64,000 nt of DNA. Source: Syntrophorhabdaceae bacterium. GTDB taxonomy: Bacteria; Desulfobacterota; Deferrimicrobia; Deferrimicrobiales; Deferrimicrobiaceae. Every line of letters starts with the position of its first letter. The first letter of the stretch is position 1. Positions 18,114 to 28,532 of this stretch are shown in pieces. The stretch lies in the NCBI GenBank assembly GCA_009783195.1, contig WRHP01000003.1:4096-68095 (forward strand), given 5' to 3'. The position numbers and the translations under genes were made by a program. The notes under the pieces are model-generated. The model ran no database searches. It had not been told where the DNA came from and saw only the letters and a program-made list of their open reading frames with translations.

Positions 18114-18257
18114 TCACCTCGACAAAGCTATATCTTGCCAGGCGGCTGCCAAAGCGCGAAACGCCGCGCGCGGCTCGGGGCTGGCCTTCCTGCCACACCC
18201 AGCCTGCAAAACAAGCAGGGTAGTCACCAAAAGCGCCGCTAATACCCGTCTCGTCAT
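18114..18257 (-). CDS. Small (47 aa) putative lipoprotein, LptM/YifL-like by position
   Basis: Below the ORF-track size cutoff. Manual translation: MTRRVLAALLVTTLLVLQAGCGRKASPEPRAAFRALAAAWQDIALSR. AAGGAG lies upstream of ATG 18257, and the stop is 4 nt before the lysA ATG. Signal peptide plus an AGC lipobox-like site (Q at -3 is atypical). Confidence 0.5.
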   Translation of the reverse strand: MTRRVLAALLVTTLLVLQAGCGRKASPEPRAAFRALAAAWQDIALSR

Positions 18258-18288
18258 TTCTTATGCCGCTCCTTGTCCTCTGGCATCT

Positions 18289-19203
18289 CTAATGCTTGAT
18301 AAGTTTTTCCAGGATAGCCATCTGAATGTGCATCCGGTTCTCCGCCTCGTCGAAAACAACCGACCTTGGTCCTTCGATCACCTCTTCCGTGATTTCTTCT
18401 CCGCGATGGGCCGGCAGACAATGCATCACTATCGCGCTACGGGAGGCGCACCTCAGCAACTCCGCGTCGATCCGGTAATCCTTGAAGGCAGCCAGGCGTC
18501 TTTTTCTTTCGGATTCCTGCCCCATGCTCATCCAGACATCCGTGTACAGCACATCGGCGTTTTCGGCGGCCTCCCGCGGATCGCGCACGATCCGCACATC
18601 GCCGCGCCCAACGGCTTCCGCCTCTTTGACTATTACGGCGTTTGGCTCGTAACCGGGCGGGCACGCAACGATAAACCTGAATCCGAGGACGTGAGCCGCC
18701 TCTACCCACGAGTTGGCCACATTGTTGCCGTCTCCGATGAACGCCACCCGCATCTTCCGCAAATCTTTGCCGTGCTCTTTCGCCGTCATCAGGTCGGCCA
18801 GTATCTGGCAGGGGTGATGGTCGTCGGTCAAGCCGTTCACCACCGGAACGGATGCCGCTTCAGCCAGTTCCGTCGCAATGGTATGCGCAAAGGTCCGGAT
18901 CATCACGGCGTCAACGTACCTCGACAAAACTCGCGCGGTATCGCGGATCGGTTCGCCGCGTCCTATCTGGGTGTCTTCCGGCGACATAAAGATGGCATGG
19001 CCTCCGAGCCGATGCATCCCGGCCTCAAACGAAACGCGTGTCCGGGTGGACGCCTTCTGGAAGATCATGGCCAAAGATTTGCCGGCCAGCGGCCTTGGCG
19101 CGTTCTTCTTGCGGCCGCGCCGCTTCCAGTCAGATCCGGAAGAGATCAAAGACAGGATCTCCCGGTCTTTCAGGTCCAATATTCTAAGCAGATCTTTCTT
19201 CAT
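18289..19203 (-). CDS. argF: Ornithine carbamoyltransferase
   Basis: 304 aa. STRTRVSFE, FIGDGNNVANS, HCLPAHRGEE. Confidence 0.9.
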   Translation of the reverse strand: MKKDLLRILDLKDREILSLISSGSDWKRRGRKKNAPRPLAGKSLAMIFQKASTRTRVSFEAGMHRLGGHAIFMSPEDTQIGRGEPIRDTARVLSRYVDAVMIRTFAHTIATELAEAASVPVVNGLTDDHHPCQILADLMTAKEHGKDLRKMRVAFIGDGNNVANSWVEAAHVLGFRFIVACPPGYEPNAVIVKEAEAVGRGDVRIVRDPREAAENADVLYTDVWMSMGQESERKRRLAAFKDYRIDAELLRCASRSAIVMHCLPAHRGEEITEEVIEGPRSVVFDEAENRMHIQMAILEKLIKH

Positions 19204-19214
19204 CGGACGCCTCC

Positions 19215-20408
19215 TTAAACCATAGCCTTGGCGAGTATGGAAAGACCCTTATCAATCTCCTCGTCCGTCACTATAAGGGGAGGAAGGAACCGAAGGACAT
19301 TACTGCCGGCCGAATTTATCACCAGCCCCGCCTCCAGGCACCTTGCCACGATCGGCTTCGTCTCGACTTTCATCTCCACCCCTATCATCAGCCCGGCTCC
19401 CCTGATCTCGACCACATCTTCGATACCGGCGGCAATGCCTTTGAGTCCATCCACAAAGCGCCGCCCTTTCCGGTCAACCGACTCAAGAAATCCGGGCGAA
19501 AGAATCTGGTCCAGCACCACCAGGGAAGCCGCGCAGCAGACGGGGTTCCCGCCGAATGTGCTTCCATGGCTTCCCGGCCCGAACGCTTCCGCGACCTCTT
19601 CCCGCGCCACCAGCGCGCCCAGCGGCAAACCGTTGGCCAGCCCCTTGGCCAGCGTGACTACGTCCGGCTTGATCCCGTACCGCTCCGACGCCAAAAACGT
19701 TCCGGTGCGCCCCATCCCCGTCTGGATTTCATCAACAACCAGCAGCGTTCCGGTCTCCCGGCAAAGCGCCTCGGCCTTCTTCAGGAATCCATCCGGAAAC
19801 ACCCTGACGCCGCTTTCCCCTTGTATCGGTTCAACCAGGAAGGCGCCGACGCCGGCTTCGAGCGTTTCTTTAAGGGCGTCGAAATCCCCAAACGGCACAA
19901 TCACGAACCCCGGAAGCATCGGCTCGAATCCCTCGTGAAACTTCGGCTGCCCGGTAGCCGAAAGACCGCCGTACGTCCGGCCGTGGAACGACCCGGCGAG
20001 AACGGCGATGGTGTGCGGTTTTTCCGGCTTACGCAGGCGCGACCACTTCCGCGCCAGCTTGATCGCCGCCTCGTTTGCCTCGGTGCCGCTGTTGCAGAAA
20101 AAAACCTTGCCGCCAATCGTAGCCTTCGAAAGCCGCTCCCCTAAAGACGCCTGCGTCCGCGTATGAAAAAGGTTGGATACGTGGAGCAGCTTGCCTGCCT
20201 GCTCCGTAATCGCCTGCGTGACCGCCGGATGCGCATGCCCCAACACCGCGACCGCTATCCCGCCGAGGAAATCAAGGTACTCCTTCCCCGTGTCGTCATA
20301 CAGCCGGCACCCTTCGCCACGTACAAACGTCACATTGCTGCGGGCATAATTTTTCATCTGATACTTCTCTGTGAGTTTGATTCCTTCTCCTGCTTTTATC
20401 TCATTCAA
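19215..20408 (-). CDS. argD: Acetylornithine aminotransferase
   Basis: 397 aa. Class III aminotransferase motifs LDFLGGIAVAVLGHAHP, VVDEIQTGMGRTG and TLAKGLANGLP. Confidence 0.88.
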   Translation of the reverse strand: MNEIKAGEGIKLTEKYQMKNYARSNVTFVRGEGCRLYDDTGKEYLDFLGGIAVAVLGHAHPAVTQAITEQAGKLLHVSNLFHTRTQASLGERLSKATIGGKVFFCNSGTEANEAAIKLARKWSRLRKPEKPHTIAVLAGSFHGRTYGGLSATGQPKFHEGFEPMLPGFVIVPFGDFDALKETLEAGVGAFLVEPIQGESGVRVFPDGFLKKAEALCRETGTLLVVDEIQTGMGRTGTFLASERYGIKPDVVTLAKGLANGLPLGALVAREEVAEAFGPGSHGSTFGGNPVCCAASLVVLDQILSPGFLESVDRKGRRFVDGLKGIAAGIEDVVEIRGAGLMIGVEMKVETKPIVARCLEAGLVINSAGSNVLRFLPPLIVTDEEIDKGLSILAKAMV

Positions 20409-20423
20409 GCCCCTTATCCCTCC

Positions 20424-21299
20424 TTAAACGATTTCCGTCCCAACACCCGCGTCCGTGAATATTTCCAGCAAGACGCTATGCGGAATTCTGCCGTCGACAA
20501 TGTGAACTTTCCGCACGCCTTTGCGCAGCGCCGTCAGCCCGCATTTCACCTTTGGGATCATCCCTCCGGTGATCTTCCCGGTCTGGATCGCCTCGCTTGC
20601 GGCATCTTCCGTCATTGTTGAAATACGCTTGCCGTCGCCGTCGAGCACTCCGGACACATCGGTAAGGAGAATGAACTTCTCCGCGTTCACAGCCGCCGCA
20701 ACCTCGGCCGCCGCCGTATCGCCGTTGATATTGTACGCTTCGCCTTCCTCTCCTACGCCGATAGGCGCGATGATCGGAACAAAACCGTCGGCTTTAAGCG
20801 CCTTCAGTATTTCCGGGGCCACTTGCACAACCTCCCCGACGAGTCCCAGGTCAAGCGCCTCGCCGGTAGCGCGGCTCTTCGCCTCGATCTTGCGGGCGCG
20901 GATCAGTCCGCCGTCCTTGCCACAAAGCCCCACGGCTTTCCCGCCGATCCGGTTGATATACGCCGTGATCTGCTTGTTCACCGTGCCGCCCAGGACCATC
21001 TCCACCACTTCCATGGCCTCGGGCGAGGTCACCCGCAGCCCTTCCTTGCGTTCGGTGGAAATATTGAGTCTTGCAAGCATGCGGTCTATCTGCGGCCCGC
21101 CGCCATGAACCACCACGGGATGAATGCCAACATGCTGGAGCAATACGACATCCTCGGCAAACGAGGCCATTCGCGCCTCGTCCACCATAGCCGCCCCGCC
21201 GTACTTAACCACAACCGTCTTTCCGGCAAACTCGCGTATATACGGCAGCGCCTCAATCAGCGTCTCGGCTTTGTGAATATACTCTTCCATCCCGGCCAT
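20424..21299 (-). CDS. argB: Acetylglutamate kinase
   Basis: 291 aa. VVKYGGAAM and VVHGGGPQI. Confidence 0.9.
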   Translation of the reverse strand: MAGMEEYIHKAETLIEALPYIREFAGKTVVVKYGGAAMVDEARMASFAEDVVLLQHVGIHPVVVHGGGPQIDRMLARLNISTERKEGLRVTSPEAMEVVEMVLGGTVNKQITAYINRIGGKAVGLCGKDGGLIRARKIEAKSRATGEALDLGLVGEVVQVAPEILKALKADGFVPIIAPIGVGEEGEAYNINGDTAAAEVAAAVNAEKFILLTDVSGVLDGDGKRISTMTEDAASEAIQTGKITGGMIPKVKCGLTALRKGVRKVHIVDGRIPHSVLLEIFTDAGVGTEIV

Positions 21300-21314
21300 G
21301 CGGGTTCCCCCCCC

Positions 21315-22700
21315 TTACAGTATGTAGCGGCTCAAATCCGCGTCCTTTACCACGCCGGCCAGCCGGTCCTCCACGTACCCTCTGGTAACGACGACCTCCG
21401 CCCCTTCCATTTCGGGCGCGACAAACAGCAGTTCGTCGAGCAGCCGTTCCATTACCGTGTGCAGACGACGCGCGCCTATGTTCTCGGCGCGCTCATTCAC
21501 TTCAGCCGCCATCTCCGCGATGCGCTCCACAGCTTCGGGAGCAAAGGAAAGACGCACTCCCTCGCTGGCAAGCATGGCCTCATACTGCCGCGTCAACGCG
21601 CCATGCGGTTCCGTAAGAATTCTCACGAAGTCAGCCTTCGTGAGGGAGTTCAGCTCCACCCGGATAGGAAAGCGCCCCTGCAACTCCGGGATGAGGTCTG
21701 ACGGTTTCACCGTATGGAACGCTCCCGCCGCGATGAACAGGATATAGTCGGTTCGGACCACCCCGTACTTCGTGTTAACAGTGGAGCCTTCCACAATCGG
21801 AAGCAGGTCTCGCTGCACGCCCTGCCGCGATACATCAGGCCCGTGATGGGAGTCTCTCCCGGCGATCTTGTCTATCTCGTCGAGAAAAACAATGCCGGAC
21901 TGCTCCGTCCGTTCCACGGCAAGCTGCTTTACCCGGTCCATGTCGATCCGCCGGGCCGCCTCCTCCTGCTCCAGATAGCGCACGGCATCCGGAACCCTCA
22001 TCTTCTTGCGTCGCGTTCGCTTCGGAAGAAAACCGGACAGCATCTCCCGGATGTTACTGTCTATCCCGCTTTGCCCGCCGTCTGACAGAGGACCTATCTC
22101 CAGGATGGGAAGCGACGCCTCCCGCACTTCGACATCCACCGTGCGATCATCAAGCTTTCCCTCCCGAAGCATGGCGCGAAACCGTTCCCGCGTATCTGAT
22201 GTCCCCTCGCGGTTCCCCGCCGCATCCTCCTCGGAAGCCGAACTTCTGACCAGAGGCATTGGAAGCAGAAGGTCGAGAATGCGCTCCTCGGCATCGGCCT
22301 TCGCCCGATCTCCCACCTTCTCCATCTCTTCCTGCCTGATCATGTGGACGGCAATCTCGACAAGATCTCTGATGATAGATTCGACATCGCGCCCCACGTA
22401 GCCTACTTCGGTGAATTTCGACGCCTCCACCTTGACGAAGGGAGCCTGCGCAAGCTTTGCCAACCGCCTTGCCACCTCGGTCTTCCCAACACCGGTAGGG
22501 CCCACCATGATGATATTTTTTGGAACAATCTCTTCCCTAAGCTCCGGCGGCGCCTGCTGGCGCCTCCACCGGTTCCGTAACGCGATGGCCACCGCTCTCT
22601 TTGCTTCGCTTTGTCCCACGATGTAACGATCCAGTTCCGCGACAATCTCACGAGGAATCAGCCGACCGGCTACGGCGATGTCTTTAGCTTCCGTGGTCAT
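21315..22700 (-). CDS. hslU: ATP-dependent protease ATPase subunit HslU
   Basis: 461 aa. Walker [16 protein letters not shown] and Walker [11 protein letters not shown]. 4-nt overlap with hslV. Confidence 0.92.
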   Translation of the reverse strand: MTTEAKDIAVAGRLIPREIVAELDRYIVGQSEAKRAVAIALRNRWRRQQAPPELREEIVPKNIIMVGPTGVGKTEVARRLAKLAQAPFVKVEASKFTEVGYVGRDVESIIRDLVEIAVHMIRQEEMEKVGDRAKADAEERILDLLLPMPLVRSSASEEDAAGNREGTSDTRERFRAMLREGKLDDRTVDVEVREASLPILEIGPLSDGGQSGIDSNIREMLSGFLPKRTRRKKMRVPDAVRYLEQEEAARRIDMDRVKQLAVERTEQSGIVFLDEIDKIAGRDSHHGPDVSRQGVQRDLLPIVEGSTVNTKYGVVRTDYILFIAAGAFHTVKPSDLIPELQGRFPIRVELNSLTKADFVRILTEPHGALTRQYEAMLASEGVRLSFAPEAVERIAEMAAEVNERAENIGARRLHTVMERLLDELLFVAPEMEGAEVVVTRGYVEDRLAGVVKDADLSRYIL

Positions 22701-23239
22701 GGCGACATAACCTCATCGGATACGATGGATTCGTTGGTAAACACACAGATCTCGGAGGCAATGCGCACCGCTTCTCGCGCAATCTCAATGGCGGGAAGAT
22801 CAGTGTGAAGAAGCAACGCGCGCGCCGCCGCCAAAGCAAAAGAGCCGCCCGAACCGATTCCGATAACCCCGTCATCCGGCTCCACCACATCACCAGAGCC
22901 GGAGAGCAAAATGGTGTCTTTGCCGTCGGAAACAACCATCAATGCCTCCAGGCGGCGAAGCACCCGGTCCGCGCGCCAATCCTTTGCCAGTTCAACCGCG
23001 GCCCTCCGGAGATTCCCGTTGAACTCGGACAGTTTCGCCTCGAACTTCTCAAACAGGGTAAAAGCGTCGGCGGTGCTTCCCGCGAATCCGGCCAGGACTG
23101 TCCCATTATTGAGACGGCGTATTTTTTTTGCCGTTTTCTTCATAACCGTGTTTCCCATCGTCACCTGTCCGTCCCCCGCAAGCGCCACACGCCCGCCCCG
23201 CGAGACAGCCACCACAGTCGTTCCATCAAACGGCGTCAT
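22697..23239 (-). CDS. hslV: ATP-dependent protease subunit HslV
   Basis: 180 aa. N-terminal [11 protein letters not shown] and [14 protein letters not shown]. Confidence 0.92.
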   Translation of the reverse strand: MTPFDGTTVVAVSRGGRVALAGDGQVTMGNTVMKKTAKKIRRLNNGTVLAGFAGSTADAFTLFEKFEAKLSEFNGNLRRAAVELAKDWRADRVLRRLEALMVVSDGKDTILLSGSGDVVEPDDGVIGIGSGGSFALAAARALLLHTDLPAIEIAREAVRIASEICVFTNESIVSDEVMSP

Positions 23240-24210
23240 TTCTCTTTACGCCCTTTCCCGCCGCCCGCTTCGGATTTTGCCAACGGGTGCGCTTTCTCAT
23301 ACATTCCAACCAGATGTGACACATCCACCCGCGCGTATCTCTGCGTCGTGGACAGAGAGGCGTGCCCCAGCATTTCCTGGATCGCGCGCAAATCCGCCCC
23401 CGATTCAAGAAGATGGGTCGCGAACGAGTGACGCATACCATGCGGGGACAAACGCCTGTTCACTCCTTTGCTTTTGCCCACCGCATCCTTCAGTATCCGG
23501 GCCACACTGCGCGCCGAAATTCCGGCGCCGGACTTAAAGCCCACTTTCCCACGCCGGTTCAGGAAAAGCGGTTCATCAATGCCGCTTTGAAATTCGGCGC
23601 CGACGGCCACTGGCCGGACATCGAGGTATTCTCGTAGCGCGCAAAGCGCCTTTTCCCCGACGGGGACAATGCGCACTTTCCTCCCTTTGCCTGTTACGCG
23701 CACGGTCCCGCTCTCCATGGATACGTCGCGCATACGAAGCGAAACAAGTTCTCCAACACGCAGCCCAGAGGAGTACAGCAACTCCAGGATCGCCGCGTTT
23801 CGCTTCGCTGCCGGGTCATCCGCCGGAAGGGAGGATAAAAATCCTGTCATCTCGTCCACCGGCAAAAACTCCGGCAGCCGCATAGACCGGCGCGGACCAG
23901 AAAGCCCGGAGGCGGGATTTGCCCGCGCCTCTCCTATCGAGACCAGAAAAGAAAAAAATGTACGGATAGCGGAGAGCCGCCGCGCGACCGAAGAAGATTC
24001 ATACCCTTCCATCGACGAAGACAAAAAGCGTCTCACGTCGGCCGTGGTAACGGACACCCAGCCGCCATCTTCAGGGTCCTTTCCGGTGGTCTCCACAAGA
24101 TGCTTTCGCAGGTCGCTGATTTCCCGAAGATAGGCGCGAACGGTCTCCTTCGACGCGTTCAGCTCCGCATCGAGGTACTTACCGAACCGGTTGAGGGCCC
24201 CCTCGTCCAC
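23236..24210 (-). CDS. xerC: Tyrosine recombinase XerC/XerD family
   Basis: 324 aa. C-terminal catalytic region [41 protein letters not shown]. Conserved trmFO-xerC-hslVU synteny argues for the chromosome-dimer resolvase rather than a phage integrase. Confidence 0.85.
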   Translation of the reverse strand: MDEGALNRFGKYLDAELNASKETVRAYLREISDLRKHLVETTGKDPEDGGWVSVTTADVRRFLSSSMEGYESSSVARRLSAIRTFFSFLVSIGEARANPASGLSGPRRSMRLPEFLPVDEMTGFLSSLPADDPAAKRNAAILELLYSSGLRVGELVSLRMRDVSMESGTVRVTGKGRKVRIVPVGEKALCALREYLDVRPVAVGAEFQSGIDEPLFLNRRGKVGFKSGAGISARSVARILKDAVGKSKGVNRRLSPHGMRHSFATHLLESGADLRAIQEMLGHASLSTTQRYARVDVSHLVGMYEKAHPLAKSEAGGGKGRKEK

Positions 24211-24308
24211 TTTTATCTTTCCCCTTAAAGAGAAAAGAGCTTTTTACCACTACTTAAGCGGGAATTCAAGAAAGGCGCGCCCTGGAGAAGCGGCGTAAAC
24301 GAAAACCA

Positions 24309-25619
24309 TCAACCAAGCGTTGCCGCGAATTTCTTTGCCGCATCGAGAGCGATCTCTATTTTACGCTCTTTCCGGTCCCGTTTCTTGCGAAGGAAAACCT
24401 CTGGAAGCAGTCCGTAATTTGCGTTCATCGGCTGCGGCCTCCCTGAACCGGGGGTCGTGATATGGGCCATAAGCGCGCCAACGATGGACTCCGGCGGAAA
24501 GGGACGCGGCTCCCGTCCCAAAGCGCGGTCCGCCGCGGCTATCCCGACAACGAGCCCGGAGGCAATCGACTCCACGTAGCCTTCCACGCCGGTAATCTGC
24601 CCGGCGAAGAAGAGGCCAGGGCGGTCCCGCAGTTCCATCCAGGGGGTAAGATGACGACGGGCGTCGATAAAGCTGTTACGGTGAACAGAGCCGTATCGCA
24701 AAAATTCGGCGTCTTTTAGTCCGGGAATCATCGAAAACACCTTCTTTTGTTCCGGCCACGTCATCCGCGTCTGGAAACCAACGAGGTTGTACATGGCGCC
24801 TTCCCGGTTCTCCTTGCGAAGCTGCACCACGGCATGCGGAATCTTCCCTGTCTTTGGATCGGGCAACCCCACCGGCCGCAAAGGACCAAAGAGCAGCGTC
24901 TCGTGACCGCGGCTGGCGATCTCCTCCACCGGCATACACCCTTCAAAGTACCTGGGCTCCTCAAAATCGCGCAAAGGCACCGTTTTTGCCGATAAAAGCG
25001 CCTCCAGAAACGCGGCGTACCGTTCCCGGTCCATAGGCAGGTTCAGGTAGTCGCCGGTACCGGCGTCGTACCGATCCGCCACATACCCGCTGCCCGCGTC
25101 GATAGTTGACGCATCGACTATCGGTGAAATGGCGTCGTAGAAATAGAAGCTCTCTTCCCCAATCAGAGAACGGATGGCCGAGGCGATGGAAGGCGTTGCC
25201 AGCGGACCGCAAGCCAGAACGACGATCGGCGCGTCCGGGATTTCCGTCACTTCCTTATTGATGATCCGGATCTTGGGGCAAGAGCGCGCGGCCTCCGTTA
25301 CCCCCTTTGCGAACAGTTCGCGGTCAACCGCCAACGCCTTGCCGGCGGGAACTCTTGTAGCGCTTGCGATAGGAAGCAGGGCCGATCCCAGAATCCGCAG
25401 CTCCTCCTTCAGCAATCCTTTTCCAGAACTGATTTCTTCCGAACCAAGGGAGTTGCTGCAGATCAGTTCCGCAAACCAGCCGGTTCTGTGCGCCTCCGTC
25501 ATCTTCTGGTCCCGCATCTCGAAAAGATCGACACTTATGCCGACGCGCGCAAGACGCAAGGAAGCCTCGGAGCCGGCAAGCCCCGCTCCCACGACAACCG
25601 CCCGCAACCTCTCAGGCAA
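24309..25619 (-). CDS. trmFO: Methylenetetrahydrofolate--tRNA-(uracil-5-)-methyltransferase
   Basis: 436 aa. FAD motif VVVGAGLAGSEASLRLA. The TTG start (GGGAAGG SD) overlaps the pilS-like stop by 8 nt. Confidence 0.88.
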   Translation of the reverse strand: MPERLRAVVVGAGLAGSEASLRLARVGISVDLFEMRDQKMTEAHRTGWFAELICSNSLGSEEISSGKGLLKEELRILGSALLPIASATRVPAGKALAVDRELFAKGVTEAARSCPKIRIINKEVTEIPDAPIVVLACGPLATPSIASAIRSLIGEESFYFYDAISPIVDASTIDAGSGYVADRYDAGTGDYLNLPMDRERYAAFLEALLSAKTVPLRDFEEPRYFEGCMPVEEIASRGHETLLFGPLRPVGLPDPKTGKIPHAVVQLRKENREGAMYNLVGFQTRMTWPEQKKVFSMIPGLKDAEFLRYGSVHRNSFIDARRHLTPWMELRDRPGLFFAGQITGVEGYVESIASGLVVGIAAADRALGREPRPFPPESIVGALMAHITTPGSGRPQPMNANYGLLPEVFLRKKRDRKERKIEIALDAAKKFAATLG

Positions 25620-27288
25620 CTTCGACCTTCCCGGAAGGCTCCTTCACCGGAACGGGGAGGAAAACGGAGAAAACGCTTCCTTGCCCAACATGCGAGCGCG
25701 CCTCGATGAAACCTTTGTGGTGATGCACGATTCGTTGAGAAATCGGAAGTCCAAACCCTGTGCCTCCCTCCTTAGTCGTAAAGAAAGGAGTGAAGATCTT
25801 CGACATGTTCTGTGGGTCAACCCCCGGACCGGAGTCAATGATTGACAAGACGGCGTACAGGACGCCGTGACGGAACTGTTCGAAAGCGTCCACTATGATA
25901 CGTCCTCCTGGCGGCGTGGACTGGACCGCATTCCGAAGCAGGTTCCATACAACCTGCTTCAGTTGTTCGGCGTCGCCTTCAACCTCCAGTTCCTTCGCCG
26001 TATGGTCCTCGATCAGCAGGTTTTTCTCGCGCCCTTCCCCGGACCGCACCGCCTCAACTATCTCCCTTAGAAGCGAGGTCAGACGCACCCGCGTTACGGT
26101 GCGAATATTAGCCTTGGAGTAAGAAAGGAATTCCGAGATCAGGTTGTTCAGCCGCTTGCTCTCCTGCTCTATGATCTCCAGCAACGTGGTCGAGTCGCCC
26201 GGAACTTCGCCCGACTCACGAAGCAATTGCGATGAACCGGCAATCGAGGCAAGCGGGTTCCGGATCTCGTGCGCCAGTTCAGCCGCCATTTCGCCCATCC
26301 CCGCCAGCCGGTCGGCAACCCTCACCCGCTCCTCCATCCGCTTGATTGGCGACAGATCTTGAAATATCACAACGCGCCCAATGATGTTGCCATACGGATC
26401 TTTCATCTGGGAGGAGGAGAATCCCAGGAATATCTCCGTGCCGTCCGGACGGACAAAATGAACTTCGGGACGCACCGCGGCCGAACCCTCATACCGAAAC
26501 TGTTCCGCGTCCTCGTCGATGCCGCCCAACACCTCCCGCAGCGGCCTGCCGATAAATTCCCCCGATGGTTTGCCGAGTATGAGACACGCCGAATCGTTGT
26601 TAAGAGTGATCGTGCCCGAAAGGTCGGTGGTCAGGATGCCGGAGGGGATGTTGTCGATTACGTTCTTGTGGAACATCTCCAGGTTTCTGATCACGTCATC
26701 CCGCACCTGCAGCCGCTCCATGCCCTTGCGGATGTCCTCCCCCAAGAGCCCCGACAACCCCCCTGTCAGGAAAAAGCCCGCTGAGTGGATCACAACAGTC
26801 CGAAGAAACCTCGGCAGCGGGATAACGGCATTCCCGTAACCAGGGAGAACAAAAACCCCCTTCATCTGCAAATATACGAGCATCGCGTAGCCGGCGGAGG
26901 AAAGCATCGCCCATACCATAGCGCCCTTCATGTACCGTTCGAGACTGCCAAGCAAAATAATGATGACGTACATAAAGGAAAATACGCTGTCAACGCCGCC
27001 GGTGGCGAATACCAGGATTGAAATGAATACCACATCGACCAGCGCCTGTATGTATGACGCGGCGGAAGGGAAATACGCCCGGCCCCACGCGGCATACCGC
27101 ACAAGGAGCCAGCCGTAGGAAATCAAAACCGCAAAATAGAGATACCGAAACTCTATCGAAAGCAGCAGTTCCGGCGCTCGGAACTGCACCGACACGACCG
27201 AAGCCAGCAGGGCAAAACTTATTCCCGAACGGACTAAAAGAAAATTGCGCCCAACTACCTCCTGATCTTCCTTCTTTAAATCAGACAA
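25612..27288 (-). CDS. pilS: PilS-like membrane sensor histidine kinase
   Basis: 558 aa. Multi-TM N-terminus, a PAS-like region, H-box AHEIRNPLASIAGSSQLL, and ATPase boxes NLLRNAVQ, DSGPGV and GGTGFGL. Located directly after pilC. Confidence 0.75.
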   Translation of the reverse strand: MSDLKKEDQEVVGRNFLLVRSGISFALLASVVSVQFRAPELLLSIEFRYLYFAVLISYGWLLVRYAAWGRAYFPSAASYIQALVDVVFISILVFATGGVDSVFSFMYVIIILLGSLERYMKGAMVWAMLSSAGYAMLVYLQMKGVFVLPGYGNAVIPLPRFLRTVVIHSAGFFLTGGLSGLLGEDIRKGMERLQVRDDVIRNLEMFHKNVIDNIPSGILTTDLSGTITLNNDSACLILGKPSGEFIGRPLREVLGGIDEDAEQFRYEGSAAVRPEVHFVRPDGTEIFLGFSSSQMKDPYGNIIGRVVIFQDLSPIKRMEERVRVADRLAGMGEMAAELAHEIRNPLASIAGSSQLLRESGEVPGDSTTLLEIIEQESKRLNNLISEFLSYSKANIRTVTRVRLTSLLREIVEAVRSGEGREKNLLIEDHTAKELEVEGDAEQLKQVVWNLLRNAVQSTPPGGRIIVDAFEQFRHGVLYAVLSIIDSGPGVDPQNMSKIFTPFFTTKEGGTGFGLPISQRIVHHHKGFIEARSHVGQGSVFSVFLPVPVKEPSGKVEVA

Positions 27289-27291
27289 CCA

Positions 27292-28503
27292 TTAACCTCC
27301 GACAACCCCCGCCAGCTTGAATATAGGCAGATACATCGCGATGACCAGTCCGCCGATGACCACGCCCAAAAAGACCATCAACATCGGTTCAAGCAGCGCT
27401 GTCAGAGCGTCTACAGCCGCGTCAACTTCATCGTCGTAGAAATCGGCAATCTTGTTGAGCATGACATCGAGAGCACCGGTCGCTTCGCCTACGGCCACCA
27501 TTTGGGTCACCATGGGCGGAAAAACAGCGCTTTCCATAAGCGGCTCCGCGATTGTCTTTCCCTCGCTGATGCTTCCGCGGGCCTTCATGATAGCCTCTTC
27601 GACAACCTTGTTTCCGGCCGTCCTGGAAACGATATCCATTGATTCGAGAATTGGAACGCCGCTGCTTATCATCGTCCCGAGAGTCCGGGAGAAACGCGCA
27701 ACGGCAATGCGCTGGATTAGCGGTCCTACAACCGGAAGTTTAAGAAGAAGCCGATCCCAGTTCTTGCGTCCGCCCTCCTGCGAAATGTACCACTTGAAAA
27801 TCGCTCCGACCGCAAATATACCGATCACGATAGCCAGGAAGTATTTACGCATTGCTTCGCTGAGTTTCATCACGAATTTGGTGGCAACCGGAAGCTCTCC
27901 GCCAAAGTCTGTGAACATCTCCGCGAATATCGGAATGACGTATACGAGAAGAACGACCGTGACAACCACGGCGACCCCTACAATCGTGGCGGGGTAAACC
28001 ATCGCTCCCTTGATTCTCTTTGCCAGCTTCATTGCTTTCTCTATGTGCTCGGCCAGACGGGAAAGAATCGTGTCGAGAATACCGCCCACCTCGCCGGCTG
28101 CCACCAGGTTGACAAACAACGCGTCAAACACCTTCGGATGCTTTCCGAGGGCGTCCGCAAACGTGGACCCGCCTTCCACATCTTCCTTGACCTTTCCCAG
28201 GATCTTCTTGAACGTGGCGTTATCCTGCTGGGATGACAAAATGTCGAGGCACTGGACAAGCGGAAGCCCGGCGTCAATCATTGTGGCAAACTGACGGGTA
28301 AATATGGCCAGTTCCTTATGGGAGACCTTCTTCTCTCCAAAGTTAAAGCCAATGTTTATATCCATCGCCTTTTTCTTGATGCTAACAGGCGCGATGTGTT
28401 CCCGACGCATATACGCGAGGACGAACTCCTCGTGAGGCGCATCCATTTCTCCGGATACCTTCGCCCCTCCCCGGTTCTTGCCTTCCCACACGTACTTTGC
28501 CAT
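27292..28503 (-). CDS. pilC: Type IV pilus platform protein PilC (GspF family)
   Basis: 403 aa. Duplicated GspF/T2SSF domains and three TM segments. Lies within the pilB-pilT-pilC order. Confidence 0.88.
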   Translation of the reverse strand: MAKYVWEGKNRGGAKVSGEMDAPHEEFVLAYMRREHIAPVSIKKKAMDINIGFNFGEKKVSHKELAIFTRQFATMIDAGLPLVQCLDILSSQQDNATFKKILGKVKEDVEGGSTFADALGKHPKVFDALFVNLVAAGEVGGILDTILSRLAEHIEKAMKLAKRIKGAMVYPATIVGVAVVVTVVLLVYVIPIFAEMFTDFGGELPVATKFVMKLSEAMRKYFLAIVIGIFAVGAIFKWYISQEGGRKNWDRLLLKLPVVGPLIQRIAVARFSRTLGTMISSGVPILESMDIVSRTAGNKVVEEAIMKARGSISEGKTIAEPLMESAVFPPMVTQMVAVGEATGALDVMLNKIADFYDDEVDAAVDALTALLEPMLMVFLGVVIGGLVIAMYLPIFKLAGVVGG

Positions 28504-28532
28504 TTTGCCCTCCGTCCCTTGAAAGGGAAGCG

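Noticed and set aside
18001-19218. 405-aa plus-strand ORF
   Set aside because: It is antisense to argF and to the lysA 5' end, both of which carry diagnostic motifs. It is a shadow ORF.
23236-24210. Tyrosine recombinase as a marker of a mobile element
   Set aside because: It is embedded in the widely conserved trmFO-xerC-hslV-hslU arrangement with 4-nt overlaps. It has the Xer-type catalytic region and no flanking att-like repeats or cargo genes.
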